Positions 19,026 to 30,015 are shown, counted from the stretch's first letter. The stretch is DNA of 64,000 bases from an uncultured Methanoregulaceae archaeon (GCA_963737635.1 CAVTTL010000001.1:2144001-2208000); one strand, 5' to 3'. Numbers and translations are program-made. The notes: generated by a model from the sequence alone, not told the origin.

Positions 19026-19286
19026 CTAGCTCCTGTCGCAGAAGTGGCCGATAACAAGGTTGTTCTTGTCAAAGATCTCGCAGGCCGGGCAGAAGCAGCG
19101 ATCCTCTTTCATTTGCGGGGCATTCGATATGCCGCGTGAGCAGAAGAGGCTCTCAGGCTGGTGCTGTTCAAGGTTGTTCTTCCGGTAGCTCGGGCATGCG
19201 CCGCAGTACTTCATGCAGATCTGCCGGTTCTCACTGGTATCTTCAACGGCAACCGTGCTGCTTTTCATGATGAATGATGGTACCAC
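19026..19286 (-). CDS. Small Cys-rich protein (DUF2769-like)
   Basis: C..YCGACPSY...LFC.RG...CFCPAC...FC. Confidence 0.8.
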   Translation of the reverse strand: MVPSFIMKSSTVAVEDTSENRQICMKYCGACPSYRKNNLEQHQPESLFCSRGISNAPQMKEDRCFCPACEIFDKNNLVIGHFCDRS

Positions 19287-19339
19287 CGGAATTAATAGGC
19301 TTCCTTGTCCGGGCCGGTAGACCGTATCCGGTGAAAACG

Positions 19340-20749
19340 TTAGTCCAATAATTTCAGTGCGACGCGGATATTTGTCTCGTTGAAGGGTTTGAGGATATAG
19401 CCATCCGGATCGACTTCCTTTGCCCGGTCAAGGGTATTCTTGTCGCAGCAACTGGTGATAAAAATAATGCGTGTATCCGATCGTTTCTTGATCTCGCGTG
19501 CCGCAGCAATCCCGTCCAGTTTTCCCGGCATGTTGACATCCATGAATATGAGATAGGGTTTTTCTTCCTCTGCAATCTTCACGGCTTCATCGCCGGATTT
19601 TGCCAGAACACAGTTCTCATACCCGAGATCGCTGAGCCGCTGGGATAACAGGCGCCGGATGAGCTCGCTGTCATCAACGACGAGAATTTTTATGTTTTTA
19701 TTCCTGGTATCCCCGGATTCGGGCGTTGACGATACGTCTTTCTGACGGATAGAGGATATGCTATCCCTTGGTTTCGCCGGGCTTCCGGTTTTCTTATCCA
19801 CCGGCATACCTTTATCATTCTCAGCCGGTACAGGGAGATTTTCCGGCGGTTTGGCACCACCCTCACCCGTTGCGGGCGCCGGGGGTTGACCATTCGTGAC
19901 CGTTTTGTGCTGGAGAGCCCGGTTCTCCCGCAGTCGTGTTGAGATCTCGGTAAATGCCTCGAGGCCGTTTCTCCCCATCTTGTTCTGGGCCATGACTTGG
20001 CGGAGATCCTCTTTTGAGAAAACGTTCTCTATCGCGTCAAGGTCATAGGTGCTGAGATTGCCGATACTCAGAATAGAGAAGAGGACAGGTAACCCGTTGC
20101 CGTCAAATACGGTGGAGAGCAGGTGTTTCCCCGCCTTCTCGATAAGGACAGGACGTATGCTTTTGTCGCATGCCTGAGTGAGCAGGTGGATCGCAGGCAC
20201 GCCATCCTGTTCAATTTCCGCCAGATCCTTAAGGTCGGCAATCATAATGAGTGCCGCCCGGTTGATCTTCCCGCCTTTTTTTATCACATTAAAAACGAAC
20301 TTACCACTCCGTGCACAGTCGGCTTTAACCACGTTACGGAGCATCGCCTGGTTTTCCCTGCTGATCTTATGGATCTCGCACTGAACGTCCATGCTTGATA
20401 AAAAGAGGGAAGAGAACAGTACACCCCATGCGGAGGTAAGTATGCGGGGATCCGCATTTTTGGATCCCGGCTTCAGGGAGGATTCGAACAGTTCAAGCAG
20501 CTGCGCGGGGGTAGAACTCTCAAGCGAGGAGAACAGGGAATGCGGTATGGGTGTATGGAGAAGAGACCCCTCAGGGGATTTGGGAAAGACTGCCTTTTCG
20601 ATCACTTGGATCTTGGACTCAAGTGCTGCCAGTCTGGCTTCGTACTCTTTCCTGATTCGCTCCACATCTCTCGCGGAATACGTGACCGTAGAAGATGGGC
20701 TCCTCTCGTCCTTGGTGTTTTCGCCGGTTTCCGGTATTCGTTTTTTCAT
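19340..20749 (-). CDS. Protein with C-terminal receiver domain and unknown N-terminal region
   Basis: ILVVDD, IFMDV, KPF at C-terminus; Pro-rich linker. Confidence 0.85.
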   Translation of the reverse strand: MKKRIPETGENTKDERSPSSTVTYSARDVERIRKEYEARLAALESKIQVIEKAVFPKSPEGSLLHTPIPHSLFSSLESSTPAQLLELFESSLKPGSKNADPRILTSAWGVLFSSLFLSSMDVQCEIHKISRENQAMLRNVVKADCARSGKFVFNVIKKGGKINRAALIMIADLKDLAEIEQDGVPAIHLLTQACDKSIRPVLIEKAGKHLLSTVFDGNGLPVLFSILSIGNLSTYDLDAIENVFSKEDLRQVMAQNKMGRNGLEAFTEISTRLRENRALQHKTVTNGQPPAPATGEGGAKPPENLPVPAENDKGMPVDKKTGSPAKPRDSISSIRQKDVSSTPESGDTRNKNIKILVVDDSELIRRLLSQRLSDLGYENCVLAKSGDEAVKIAEEEKPYLIFMDVNMPGKLDGIAAAREIKKRSDTRIIFITSCCDKNTLDRAKEVDPDGYILKPFNETNIRVALKLLD

Positions 20750-21043
20750 GGCAGGTAAAAGCAGCCGTATTTAGTGAGTGATAGGGTGATTTTCCACGGT
20801 AAAGATAAGGTGATTTCCCAAAGTAAGAATATCTTTCGGGAGGTTAGGATACCATCTGAAGGAAAATGTCAGTACAAACGACATCTATGGTATATAGTAA
20901 TCAGGATGTTAAAATGAAATGTGCCATGTACTCCCGGCAGAGCTGAACTGTACTACCTTCGGGTCGTACCCCGGGTCTGCACTTCCTCACGCCAGCACAC
21001 GTTACCGGCCAAGGGTCAAGACCCCAAAGAAAGAAGAAATACT

Positions 21044-21292
21044 CTATCTTCTCACGCAGTAATATCCGCCGCGGAGATGATGTTTCGTGAAGAGCTCGCA
21101 GGCCGGGCAGAAGCAACCGATCTCTTTCATATTCTGGGCACAGGACGGCCCGCGGGCGCAGAAAAGCTCTTTGGGCTCGTTCCGGTTCAGATCATGCCGC
21201 TTGTAGTTCTGGCATATCGTGCAGTATTTCCTGCAGATCTGCTTGTTCTCTTCGGTGTCCGGTACAACAGGGGCCTTGGCTGATTCAAACAT
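21044..21292 (-). CDS. Small Cys-rich protein (DUF2769-like), paralog of 19026..19286
   Basis: Same Cys pattern; ENKQICRKYC vs ENRQICMKYC. Confidence 0.8.
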   Translation of the reverse strand: MFESAKAPVVPDTEENKQICRKYCTICQNYKRHDLNRNEPKELFCARGPSCAQNMKEIGCFCPACELFTKHHLRGGYYCVRR

Positions 21293-21380
21293 GCAAAAAC
21301 AGGTTGGTAATGATGATTATTAGATCTTTTGTTTTTTACAGGAGAGAGGCCGGGGCAGCCTGTTGCCCCGGCCGGCATTC

Positions 21381-21940
21381 TCATTCCCGGCATAATGCAC
21401 AGAACCGTTCCACTACCTGGTCGTTTCTCACCTCGGGGTGGAACATAACCCCAAAGAGCGGCCGGTCCGGTGCCGGACGGCCTGGACACACCGGTCCGAG
21501 ACAGCCGTCACTTCCCAGCCGGGCGGTGGGTCACAGGCAAAGGAGTGCAGTTCGTAGGCCTCGAATACCGCCAGATCGCCAAGGAGCAGGTCAGGTTCGG
21601 TGACCCGGACCGCGGTCATCCCGATCTCACATGCCGAACGAAGGGCGCCTCCGTGAACGAGGCAGAGGGCCTCCATCCCGGCGCAGATCCCAAGGACGGG
21701 GACGCTAATGTCCCGGAGCCACGCGAACTCGTGCACCTTCTCGGCAAAGACGTTGTCTTTCAACGCCGTCCCGCAGAGGATGATCCCACCGGCACCTTTG
21801 AGATCCTCACCGGATATTCCGGAAAAATGCACCTCGCGCCATTCCAGCCCTGACCGGGAAACAATCTGTCCGACCGGACCCACAAACTCGTCGCGGGAGA
21901 GGGAGCCGGCCTTCCACGAGAGATCTACGAGAAGGATCAT
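21381..21940 (-). pseudogene. Class I glutamine amidotransferase, frameshifted near the 3' end
   Basis: PVLGICAG nucleophile motif; GVMFHPEVR continues in another frame to TGA at 21381. Confidence 0.8.
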
Positions 21941-22617
21941 TTTGCCTCCAGTACTGCACGTTTGATCCGCAGGATGCCCCGGAAATTCGCGTACTCTTTC
22001 CCGGCTTCCAGGATAACGAGCCTCTTGGTAAAGAGAGGAGCGTCCACGACTAGCGTCTCGTACTCCCCACCCTCACCGGTGAGGGTGATCCGGTGCGATC
22101 GCACGTACTGCTGCAGGCCGGAAAACGCCTCCCGGTCGATCTCCCTCCCCAGCCAGTCCGCAGTGAAGGGAGCGGCAAAGACACCCGTGATGATGGCCCG
22201 GAAGCCGGTGGTGATCAGCTCCTTCAGGTAGAGCTCCGGGTCCACGTACCAAAGCGGGTTGAAACACCAAAGATCGAGGTCTTGGCAGATGCGCTGGACC
22301 CGGGTGGCCTGATATACCGAAAGAAGGGCACCGGTCACCACGCCCTCGATGCCATATTGTTCCACGGCAAGGCGGATGGCGCGGGAAAGATCCTCAAGCT
22401 CGGCCTCTTTGATCCCCTCGGTCTCGACCGTGACCAGCGGGAGACCGGCCGCCTCTGCCTGCAGCGGCACGAGGTGCGTATTGGGCGTGTGGAACATATA
22501 GCTCTCTTCGTTCCGGGACCGGACTGAAATAAGGCAGGCAACCTCCTCCTTCTGCATGGCGAGATGGCAGGCAAACCACGAGTCCTTGCCCCCGGAACAG
22601 AGAACACCGAGTTTCAT
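21937..22617 (-). CDS. dph6: Diphthine--ammonia ligase (PP-loop ATPase)
   Basis: SGGKDS, SYMFH, PLW, GEGGEYET. Confidence 0.88.
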   Translation of the reverse strand: MKLGVLCSGGKDSWFACHLAMQKEEVACLISVRSRNEESYMFHTPNTHLVPLQAEAAGLPLVTVETEGIKEAELEDLSRAIRLAVEQYGIEGVVTGALLSVYQATRVQRICQDLDLWCFNPLWYVDPELYLKELITTGFRAIITGVFAAPFTADWLGREIDREAFSGLQQYVRSHRITLTGEGGEYETLVVDAPLFTKRLVILEAGKEYANFRGILRIKRAVLEAK

Positions 22618-22696
22618 TGCGTAAAGTACTCGTCCTTCCGGCTTCTTGAATCTCTCCCTTCCAAAAAAAATCCGACCGGATCAAGCTCATGGAGTA

Positions 22697-23332
22697 TTAT
22701 TCACGCTTCTTTCCGGTCATCAAAAAAATGGTAAATGTTCGCATCTCCCCAGAGGGGCTTGGCTTTTGGGCGACTGCCGCCGTCCGGTTCCGCACCTCAC
22801 AAAAACCGGCGGTCTCGAAGTACTTCATCATCGCACACCGGTCAAACCCGTTATGGAACACGCCTTCATGCGTATCGTGGAATTTCCCTTCATCGGAATC
22901 GAGATCGGCAATGGCAACCCGGCCCGAGGGCTTGAGGACGCCGGCAATCCGGTCGAGCAGCATCCCAACGTCCCGGATATGGTGAAAGGTCATGCTGCTG
23001 ACCACCAGATCAAATTGCCCTTCCAACCTGCCCCCTTGTTCCAGATCCACGACTTGGGTCCGGACATTCGCAAACTTCTGCGCCCGGACCTTCGCATCCA
23101 GGACATCAAGCATGCCCTGCAAGCTGTCGACGGCGGTAATTGAACGAACGTGAGGGTGGAGCGCGAGGGTCAGGAGACCGGTCCCGGCACCGAAGTCCAG
23201 AACATCTATATCCGGTCCTGGCTTCACCGTCTCGATAATTGCCCGGGCCACGTCATGTGCCAGTTTTACCCTGCCCGGGTTCTCGTCCCATGTTGCCGCT
23301 TCTTTGTCAAAATTGCATTTTTCACCGGCCAT
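22697..23332 (-). CDS. Class I SAM-dependent methyltransferase
   Basis: VLDFGAGTG, FDLVVSSMTFHH, LKPSG. Confidence 0.92.
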   Translation of the reverse strand: MAGEKCNFDKEAATWDENPGRVKLAHDVARAIIETVKPGPDIDVLDFGAGTGLLTLALHPHVRSITAVDSLQGMLDVLDAKVRAQKFANVRTQVVDLEQGGRLEGQFDLVVSSMTFHHIRDVGMLLDRIAGVLKPSGRVAIADLDSDEGKFHDTHEGVFHNGFDRCAMMKYFETAGFCEVRNRTAAVAQKPSPSGEMRTFTIFLMTGKKRE

Positions 23333-23525
23333 ATCAGTGACCGGACTGTGGGCAGGATAAACGGAAATAATGCACGGATCGGTATAACCCCGGAGTTATC
23401 CCTTTTACCCGCGAGGAACAGGGTCAGAAACCCGATCATCGGGTCAATACATAAGGAGACCGGGTGAAGGATGGATCACAGTGCATGGATAACGAGAGCA
23501 TCATGCAAAAGGAGGGGAAAAACCT

Positions 23526-23672
23526 TTGAGGATATTCAGATGCGAATGCTGCAAAAAGCCCTGTATGTTGACCACACTCGACAACGAAGTCATGAAATTT
23601 TGTCCGGTCGACAGTAAACCGGTAGAGTGGAAACAGATCGGCCAAGACCAGAAGATCGCATGTGCAACCTGA
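23526..23672 (+). CDS. 48-aa Cys-rich microprotein (not in ORF track)
   Basis: TTG start after GGAGG; MRIFRCECCKKPCMLTTLDNEVMKFCPVDSKPVEWKQIGQDQKIACAT. Confidence 0.6.
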   Translation: MRIFRCECCKKPCMLTTLDNEVMKFCPVDSKPVEWKQIGQDQKIACAT

Positions 23673-24048
23673 ACGAGAAAACAGACTGCGGCACAGGTGA
23701 AACATGAGGTACCGGCATCAGAGACCGAGAATGTCCTGTCCCCGCCAGTCACGGTCGAGGCGGACGGGACGAATACTACGATCCACCTCGGGAAAAAGAA
23801 AGGCGAAAACCCGGGCGGGACAACAACATCTTTTTCTTTAATACCTGTAATCGTGAAGCAGGCATACAAAATAGATCCAATTCTTACTGCAATTTTTAAC
23901 GAAACAGGAGAATCGCACCGGAATTTCAACCAACGTTCATATACCGGCACGACCTGACCTTCATGGTAGTACTTTTGTTATTTCCCGTCAGGGGTATCGG
24001 CTATTTCATCTCACCCGTGCAACCTCACATGTCACAAATGCGATCATC

Positions 24049-25146
24049 ATGATTCGGGCTCCTGCTGCCATCTTCAAACGGGATTTCAAAAAGTTCCTGA
24101 GTAACCCGGCCGTCGTCGTGATGACGCTCCTGTTTCCTCTCCTGTACCTGGTGGTCTTCGGGAATGCTCTCGGGGGCACGATCAGCCACATCCCGGTCGG
24201 GGTCGTCCAGGAAGTCCCGCCATACAATGACACGCCGCTTTATACGAGCGCCGTCTACCAGCTCAACCACATCGGCCAGGGCAGCCAGAACGATGCCCAG
24301 AAACAGCTGGATGTTACCACGTACACCGATGAAGCCCAGGCAAAACAGGATCTGCAGAACGGGAAAATCTCTGCGGTTATTGTATTCCCATCAGCTGTTT
24401 CAAGCGATCACGCTGTCCGGGTCTATGTCGACAGACTCGGATTCCATAACACCCCCGCTCGTTGAGGCCGGGGTAACCCAGGTCCTGCGGAGCCTTGGAG
24501 CGCACAACCCGGTCATCATCGATAAGATCTACGGCGATATCACGTATCTCCAGTTCTTTGGGGTGGGCGTTATTATGATGGCCATCTTCACCTCAACCAT
24601 GTTCGGAAGCGGCATGGCACTTATCCAGGATCGGGAGAACGGTGTCCACGAAGGGTACTGGTAACACCGGTGAAGCGATCGAGTATCATTTTTGGCATTA
24701 TTTTAAGCGGTACCATCAAGGCATTTATTGCGGGATTTGCCCTTTTCTGGATCGACTTGTTGATCACCGGCATCACCCTCCAGAGTGCCCAGGACTTCGT
24801 GCTGGTCGTGCTGGTTATCTTGTTAACCTGTATCGGGTTGACGAGCCTTGTAGTCTCTTTTGCATCCCGGTTTACCACACAACAGGCGTATTCATCGGTC
24901 ATCGCATTTTTCAACTTTATTCTTTTTATGACCTCTGGGGTATTTTACCCGGTGATCGGTATGCCCGGCTGGCTGCGCTGGATAACAGTCATCAATCCGG
25001 AGTACTACAGCATCCATGCATTGAGAAGCATCATCCTGAGAAACCAGAGTTTTAACGTGATCGGCATCGACCTTGTTGCCCTCCTGATCTTCTCATCGGC
25101 GATGATTATCCTCGGGATCGTCACTTTCCGCCGTACCATGGAATAA
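24049..25146 (+). pseudogene. ABC-2 permease split by two frameshifts (near 24435 and 24657)
   Basis: Three consecutive ORFs join into one permease: TM plus extracellular domain, DRENGVHEGY/LVTP, FMTSGVFYP..NP. Confidence 0.85.
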
Positions 25147-25237
25147 AGGTACCGTTGCAAGGGCAGTTGCCGGGGATTTTCACGAAGAAAATGAGTTAGG
25201 ACCGGTTCTGATAGGTTCGGAACCAGCCATCCGATTA

Positions 25238-26374
25238 TTAGATCCTTTTTATCTCGCTCACTTTCAGGATATCAGTTCGGGTTACAATGCCGACGATCTT
25301 ACCGTCTTGGACTATCGGGATCCTCCCGATGTTACGTGCTGACATGATCCTGAATGCGTCCATCACCGGTGCGGACGGAGGGAGGGTGATCGGGTTGTGG
25401 GACATGATCTCGCTGACATGTATTGCCTCGTGATTGGCTTGCGGGATACGGTTCACATCCACAAGCGTAATCATGCCTACGAGTTTATCCTGTTCGACGA
25501 CCGGGAAACCGAGGTGCTTGGTTGTCAGCATCATCTCGATCACCTTTGAAAGCGGCAGGGTCGGTGTCACAACCGTCACCGGAGAACTCATCGTGGTACC
25601 CACAGTAACATCATGCAGCAGGTAGGTGAACTGGTCCATGGTGGATTCAGAGCTAGCCCCAATATAGACAAAAAGGGCGATCAGGATCAGGAATGGGTTC
25701 AGAATGAGAAGACCGACAATGCCGAAAATAATCGCAAAAGCCTTGCCAATATTGGCAGCGATTCGGGTCGCCTTATGGATAGGCATCCGTTTTGCCAGCA
25801 TCGCCCGGAGCACCCTGCCGCCGTCCATGGGGAAGGCAGGAATCATGTTAAATGCAAAGAGGAGGACGTTAAGCACTGCGAGATAGCCGAAGATAAAAAT
25901 GAGGACGCCGGCGGTTGCGGTGTCTGTAGTTATGTCGGGTATAAAGTAGACGATAACGCCGCAGACTATACCGAAGAGAAGGCTGGTGAGCGGCCCGACA
26001 AGTGCCATCGGGAACTCGACTTTGGGATCCGGTACTCCTACATCTTCCATCTGGGAGACGCCACCGAAGATCAGCAGGGTTATGCTCTGGATCTTCACGC
26101 CATTTTGCCGGGCGATGATGCAATGGGCTATCTCGTGGACCAGGACGCCAAAAAAGAGACCAAGGGCGACGATGGTCCCGAGGATCCAGGGCATGAATCC
26201 CGCCGTGATCAGTGATGGATCTATCGGGACCTGAAAGAGACCCCTGATAGTATCTGTCGTCAGTGAAATTTGGCTGCCGATGATCCAGGCTAAAAGCGGG
26301 ATCACGATTAGAAATGTGTAATGGATAAGAATAGGAATGCCGAATATCCGCCCGATTTGATATGACCCTTTCAT
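25238..26374 (-). CDS. Site-2 protease (M50) with CBS domains
   Basis: HEIAH, NMIPAFPMDGGR, two CBS domains. Confidence 0.93.
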   Translation of the reverse strand: MKGSYQIGRIFGIPILIHYTFLIVIPLLAWIIGSQISLTTDTIRGLFQVPIDPSLITAGFMPWILGTIVALGLFFGVLVHEIAHCIIARQNGVKIQSITLLIFGGVSQMEDVGVPDPKVEFPMALVGPLTSLLFGIVCGVIVYFIPDITTDTATAGVLIFIFGYLAVLNVLLFAFNMIPAFPMDGGRVLRAMLAKRMPIHKATRIAANIGKAFAIIFGIVGLLILNPFLILIALFVYIGASSESTMDQFTYLLHDVTVGTTMSSPVTVVTPTLPLSKVIEMMLTTKHLGFPVVEQDKLVGMITLVDVNRIPQANHEAIHVSEIMSHNPITLPPSAPVMDAFRIMSARNIGRIPIVQDGKIVGIVTRTDILKVSEIKRI

Positions 26375-26513
26375 GATGTATGGATTATCATCAACATAGT
26401 AATACCTTCGGGAATAGACACCGGGAGTTTCATCCTGAACTCACTTCTCAATCTCCGGGCAGGCACAAACACTTTATTCAGTATCGAAGAACCATCCTCA
26501 AAGGAGGATACCT

Positions 26514-26963
26514 GTGGCTGAAGAAAGTATTGCAATGCGTGACGTGGATCACCGCATCCACCTGATTCCGGTAAAAAAGGTGCTGATGCTCAGTATCGAA
26601 CATTCCGCTATCAAAAAAGGGGAAATTGAGCAGTATGAAATCTCGTGCACGCTCAGACTTTCTTCGGAAGGAGGAGCGCACCAGTTCGAAGATACGATCC
26701 GTCTCTCCTTCGCTGCAGCCCGGATGCCTGGCCAGCAATTTATGACTGAACTGACGTTTGTCCAGAACCACATCATAAAAAATGCGTTTGATCAGATATT
26801 GTCCGGAGAACTATGCAGCTGTAATCCTGACGACCCTCTCGCAAAGGAATGCGGGGTTTCCCTGGCCTCGATTGTCATGGCTCGGATGAATACCTCCAAG
26901 ATGCTCAAAGAAGTACTTGCCCATCACGGTGGGCTGCCGGATTCGATGGTTTTCACCCATTAA
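26514..26963 (+). CDS. Hypothetical protein
   Basis: GGAGG RBS before GTG; 149 aa with coding-like composition. Confidence 0.7.
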   Translation: MAEESIAMRDVDHRIHLIPVKKVLMLSIEHSAIKKGEIEQYEISCTLRLSSEGGAHQFEDTIRLSFAAARMPGQQFMTELTFVQNHIIKNAFDQILSGELCSCNPDDPLAKECGVSLASIVMARMNTSKMLKEVLAHHGGLPDSMVFTH

Positions 26964-28156
26964 GTGCTAGTGCTCACGGATCTCTTATCGCGGCGCGACA
27001 TATCTTCACCGGGGGCTTTCCCACTTCCGTCCCCGCGTCCACGAGTACCCTGAACCCATGCCCGGTTCTTCCAGAGCGCACACCCACCGTTTGTCTCGGT
27101 AAGGAGATGATGGTTAGACCGTATTGTGTAGAGCAACGGGGACCTGAGGGCTTCGCGGAGAGAGACCCAGGCCAGGTTCATATCCGAGAATGGCGCTGCC
27201 GGGCAGGCTTCGAGATCGCCGGAGGGGCTGACGTGAATAAAGCCCCGGCCGGCAGCAAGGCAGCCCCCAAAAGCAGTTTCGTCTCCGGGAAAACCAACGA
27301 AGAGTGCGGGATACTTCTTATTGAGCGCAGAAATGCAGTTGTGCAGTACCTTCTGCCGGTCGGAACCGAGAACAAGATCCTCGGTAGCAGGGTCAACCGG
27401 CACGTACTGGACATAGACAAAAACCCGGACACCGGCATCCAGCATCTCCCGGACAAACAGGTCCGAGGTCACGAGATCCGCATTGGATCTGGTAACAGTC
27501 ACCGAACAGCCAAAGAAGATGCCATTCTTTTTGAGCCGGGAACAAACGCCAAGCAGCCGGTCGTAAACACCGGTACCCCGGCGCTCGTCAGTCTCGTCCC
27601 GGAACCCTTCGAAGCTGATCATCGGGACGATATTTTTTGTTGCCCCAAGTTCCTGCGCAGTGGCCTCATCGATCATAAGACCGTTTGAGAAGACCGGGAA
27701 GAGGATCCGAGGGTACATCCGGGCAAGACTGCTAATCTCTGTTTTCCGGATCAAGGGTTCTCCACCGGCAAGAACGATAATCGAGACCCCGAGCCCGGCT
27801 GCCTCGGCAACAAGGGAACGGAGTTGTCCGGGGTCCAGTTCCCGGGCCGGACCAGCGTGGGTGCCTCGCATGTAGCACCCACGACAGGCAAGGTTGCACT
27901 GTGAAGTCACGCTCACGAACACGGCAGGGGGAACCAGCAGCCCCTCTTTCTCCTGTGCACTGCGCAGAGCTGCCGCTTTGTGCTGCCACGCGAGGATCCG
28001 CGTACCGGCAAACACCAGTGACGAATCGGCAGCTATGATGCGGAGGGCATGGCTAAGGGCGTCTGATATGGAGTCGTCAAGAAGCCCCCGGTAGTGCCGG
28101 GCTGGTCCCGGCGATCCCTTAGGCACATGAGCTGAGCGCTGTTCCATGAACCACAC
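26960..28156 (-). CDS. Radical SAM protein (SPASM/twitch-like C-terminus)
   Basis: CNLACRGC, GGEP, GCLAAGRG..G...CP. Confidence 0.9.
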   Translation of the reverse strand: MWFMEQRSAHVPKGSPGPARHYRGLLDDSISDALSHALRIIAADSSLVFAGTRILAWQHKAAALRSAQEKEGLLVPPAVFVSVTSQCNLACRGCYMRGTHAGPARELDPGQLRSLVAEAAGLGVSIIVLAGGEPLIRKTEISSLARMYPRILFPVFSNGLMIDEATAQELGATKNIVPMISFEGFRDETDERRGTGVYDRLLGVCSRLKKNGIFFGCSVTVTRSNADLVTSDLFVREMLDAGVRVFVYVQYVPVDPATEDLVLGSDRQKVLHNCISALNKKYPALFVGFPGDETAFGGCLAAGRGFIHVSPSGDLEACPAAPFSDMNLAWVSLREALRSPLLYTIRSNHHLLTETNGGCALWKNRAWVQGTRGRGDGSGKAPGEDMSRRDKRSVSTST

Positions 28157-28169
28157 TACCTTGGAATGA

Positions 28170-29002
28170 TCACTGCTCCATTCCGGTCGATGCGTCCTGA
28201 CGCGATCGCCCTTTCTGGACTTTCATGTCACTAAGTTTGAGGCCGGGATGACGATACCTACCTCGTCCTTTTGTTCCCTGCATCATGGCAAGCTGGATGG
28301 CCTCGACCGGGCAGAAATGAAGGCAGGCGCAGCAGAGTTCGCACCGGTGCTGCCATACCGGCCGGCCCTGTTCCATGACAATATTTCCCACCGGGCAGAC
28401 CGCGGCACAGGTGCCACAGGACGTGCAGGCGTCAGAGGCCGAGAATTTCTTGTCAATTTCATGAACGCCCCGGGAGAACGGGCCATACAACGCCATCCTT
28501 ATCAGGGATGATAAGGGCGAGAACCCGGGCGGGACAACAGCTCCCTTTTCGATCTGTCCCGCGATCGCCGCGAGGCGTACATCTGCTGCTGCAAGGATCT
28601 GATCCCGCTTTTCACCCACCGGAGGCCGGCCGACCGGAGGAAAATTCCCGGGCATCTTGACGATAAAAGCGGCATCAAGCTTCTTTCCCTGCCGTTTTTC
28701 GAGGATATGGTTGAGCTGGTGTAGCGCAGAGACCCCGGTCCCGCCGAGCGTCACAATGGCAAAGCTGTACTGGGCCTGATAGAGGTCGAGCCGACCGGCA
28801 AATTCTGCCACGATGACCGGGACGCCCGAATCATAGACCGGGCAGACGATCCCGACACGTTCGGCCGGCGGTACGATATCACCGGTGGTATCCTTCAGCG
28901 ATGCGATCGGTACAGCTCGCAGCTCCCAAGAGCTGCAGCGATCTTCTGTGCAGCGGCAAGCGAGTTGCCGGTGCCGGTAAAATAATAGATAATCGTCTTC
29001 AT
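28170..29002 (-). pseudogene. EFR1-type flavodoxin-ferredoxin fusion, frameshifted near 28910
   Basis: MKTIIYYFTGTGNSL from ATG 29002, then a frame switch to GIVCPVY...CTSCGTCAAVCP...CELCCACLHFCP. Confidence 0.85.
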
Positions 29003-29890
29003 GAGGAATCTTCCATGGATTTCTCCGGTACGGACCGGGTGTATGCTGATATAATTTCAACGATTAGTTCGTTGTTCTTCTGCATATCGTCGATCTCTTT
29101 TTTTGTCAGGCTGACCTGGCCGCAGACACGGACTCCCCGTTTCTCCAGCTTCTTTTCCAGGAGGGAAAGCCCCTCCCCGGGCTCTTTGAGGCAGGTGGTA
29201 AAGATCACGGCTTTTTTTCCTTCGCACCCGTCGAGCGCGGCAACAGCCGCATTCATCGCTGGTGCGGGTTTCCATGCCCACACCGGCGTTCCGATAACGA
29301 GAAGATCAAAAGAAGTGACGTCAATGACCTCCGGATATACCGGGTCGCATTTCTCCTGCCGTGACCTTAGGACACCTTTGGTATATGCCGTGAACGTACC
29401 TGTACGTGTCGCGGGTTTTTACTTCGATCAACTTCCCGCCGCAGGAACGCTGGATCTGTGCGGCGATGCCCCGTGTTATACCAGTGTAAGAATAATAGAT
29501 CGTGCAGATGTTCAGGGAAGGTTGTTGCGTTGCCTTCCGGATCAGGTCCATGTCGCACTTGTCCATCACACTCGTGTACATGAGGTTGAATTGGTCCCTG
29601 AACGCCACCAGCCGTTCACGATTGAGGGTATAGTAAACATAAAATCCCTCGCGGCGGGAGTCAACAATTCCCTCGCCTCTCAGGTTTTTGAGGTGCTGCG
29701 AAACTGCCGGTTGCGAGATACCGAGCCTTTCAGCGAGATCGGAGACCCCAAGTTTTCCGGAAGTATCCGTTGCAAGCAGGCAGATTAACTGGAGCCGGGT
29801 GGGATCCCCAAGAGCCTTGAATACCTCCGCCATCGCCGGGACCATCTCGCAGAGATGGTTGCATTCCTCGCACCGGTGACATTCGTCCAT
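28999..29890 (-). pseudogene. ArsR/SmtB regulator fused to a flavodoxin domain, frameshifted near 29400
   Basis: FKALGDPTRL, SQPAVSQHL; YYSYTGIT then GTPVWAWKP in the second frame. Confidence 0.8.
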
Positions 29891-29898
29891 ATGAACTA

Positions 29899-29916
29899 TA
29901 TAAGTAATTGCTTATA
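29899..29916. promoter_or_regulatory. Probable ArsR operator
   Basis: Near-perfect palindrome TATAAGTAATTGCTTATA 8 bp upstream of the ArsR start. Confidence 0.6.
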
Positions 29917-30015
29917 CATTTATATAATTTTTTCTAGGACTTGCGTGGATAATCAAATATGGCGTAAGATAAATCGGGTAATTCAACAAATTTAAAAAAA
30001 AGTTTTGCTGGCTAT

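Noticed and set aside
24049-25146. Programmed ribosomal frameshifting in split genes
   Set aside because: No slippery heptamers at the inspected shift sites, and the affected genes are unrelated.
25204-25224. GGTTCTGATAGGTT resembling the type B end
   Set aside because: No partner end about 80 bp away. Forms a short hairpin between convergent genes, more likely a terminator.
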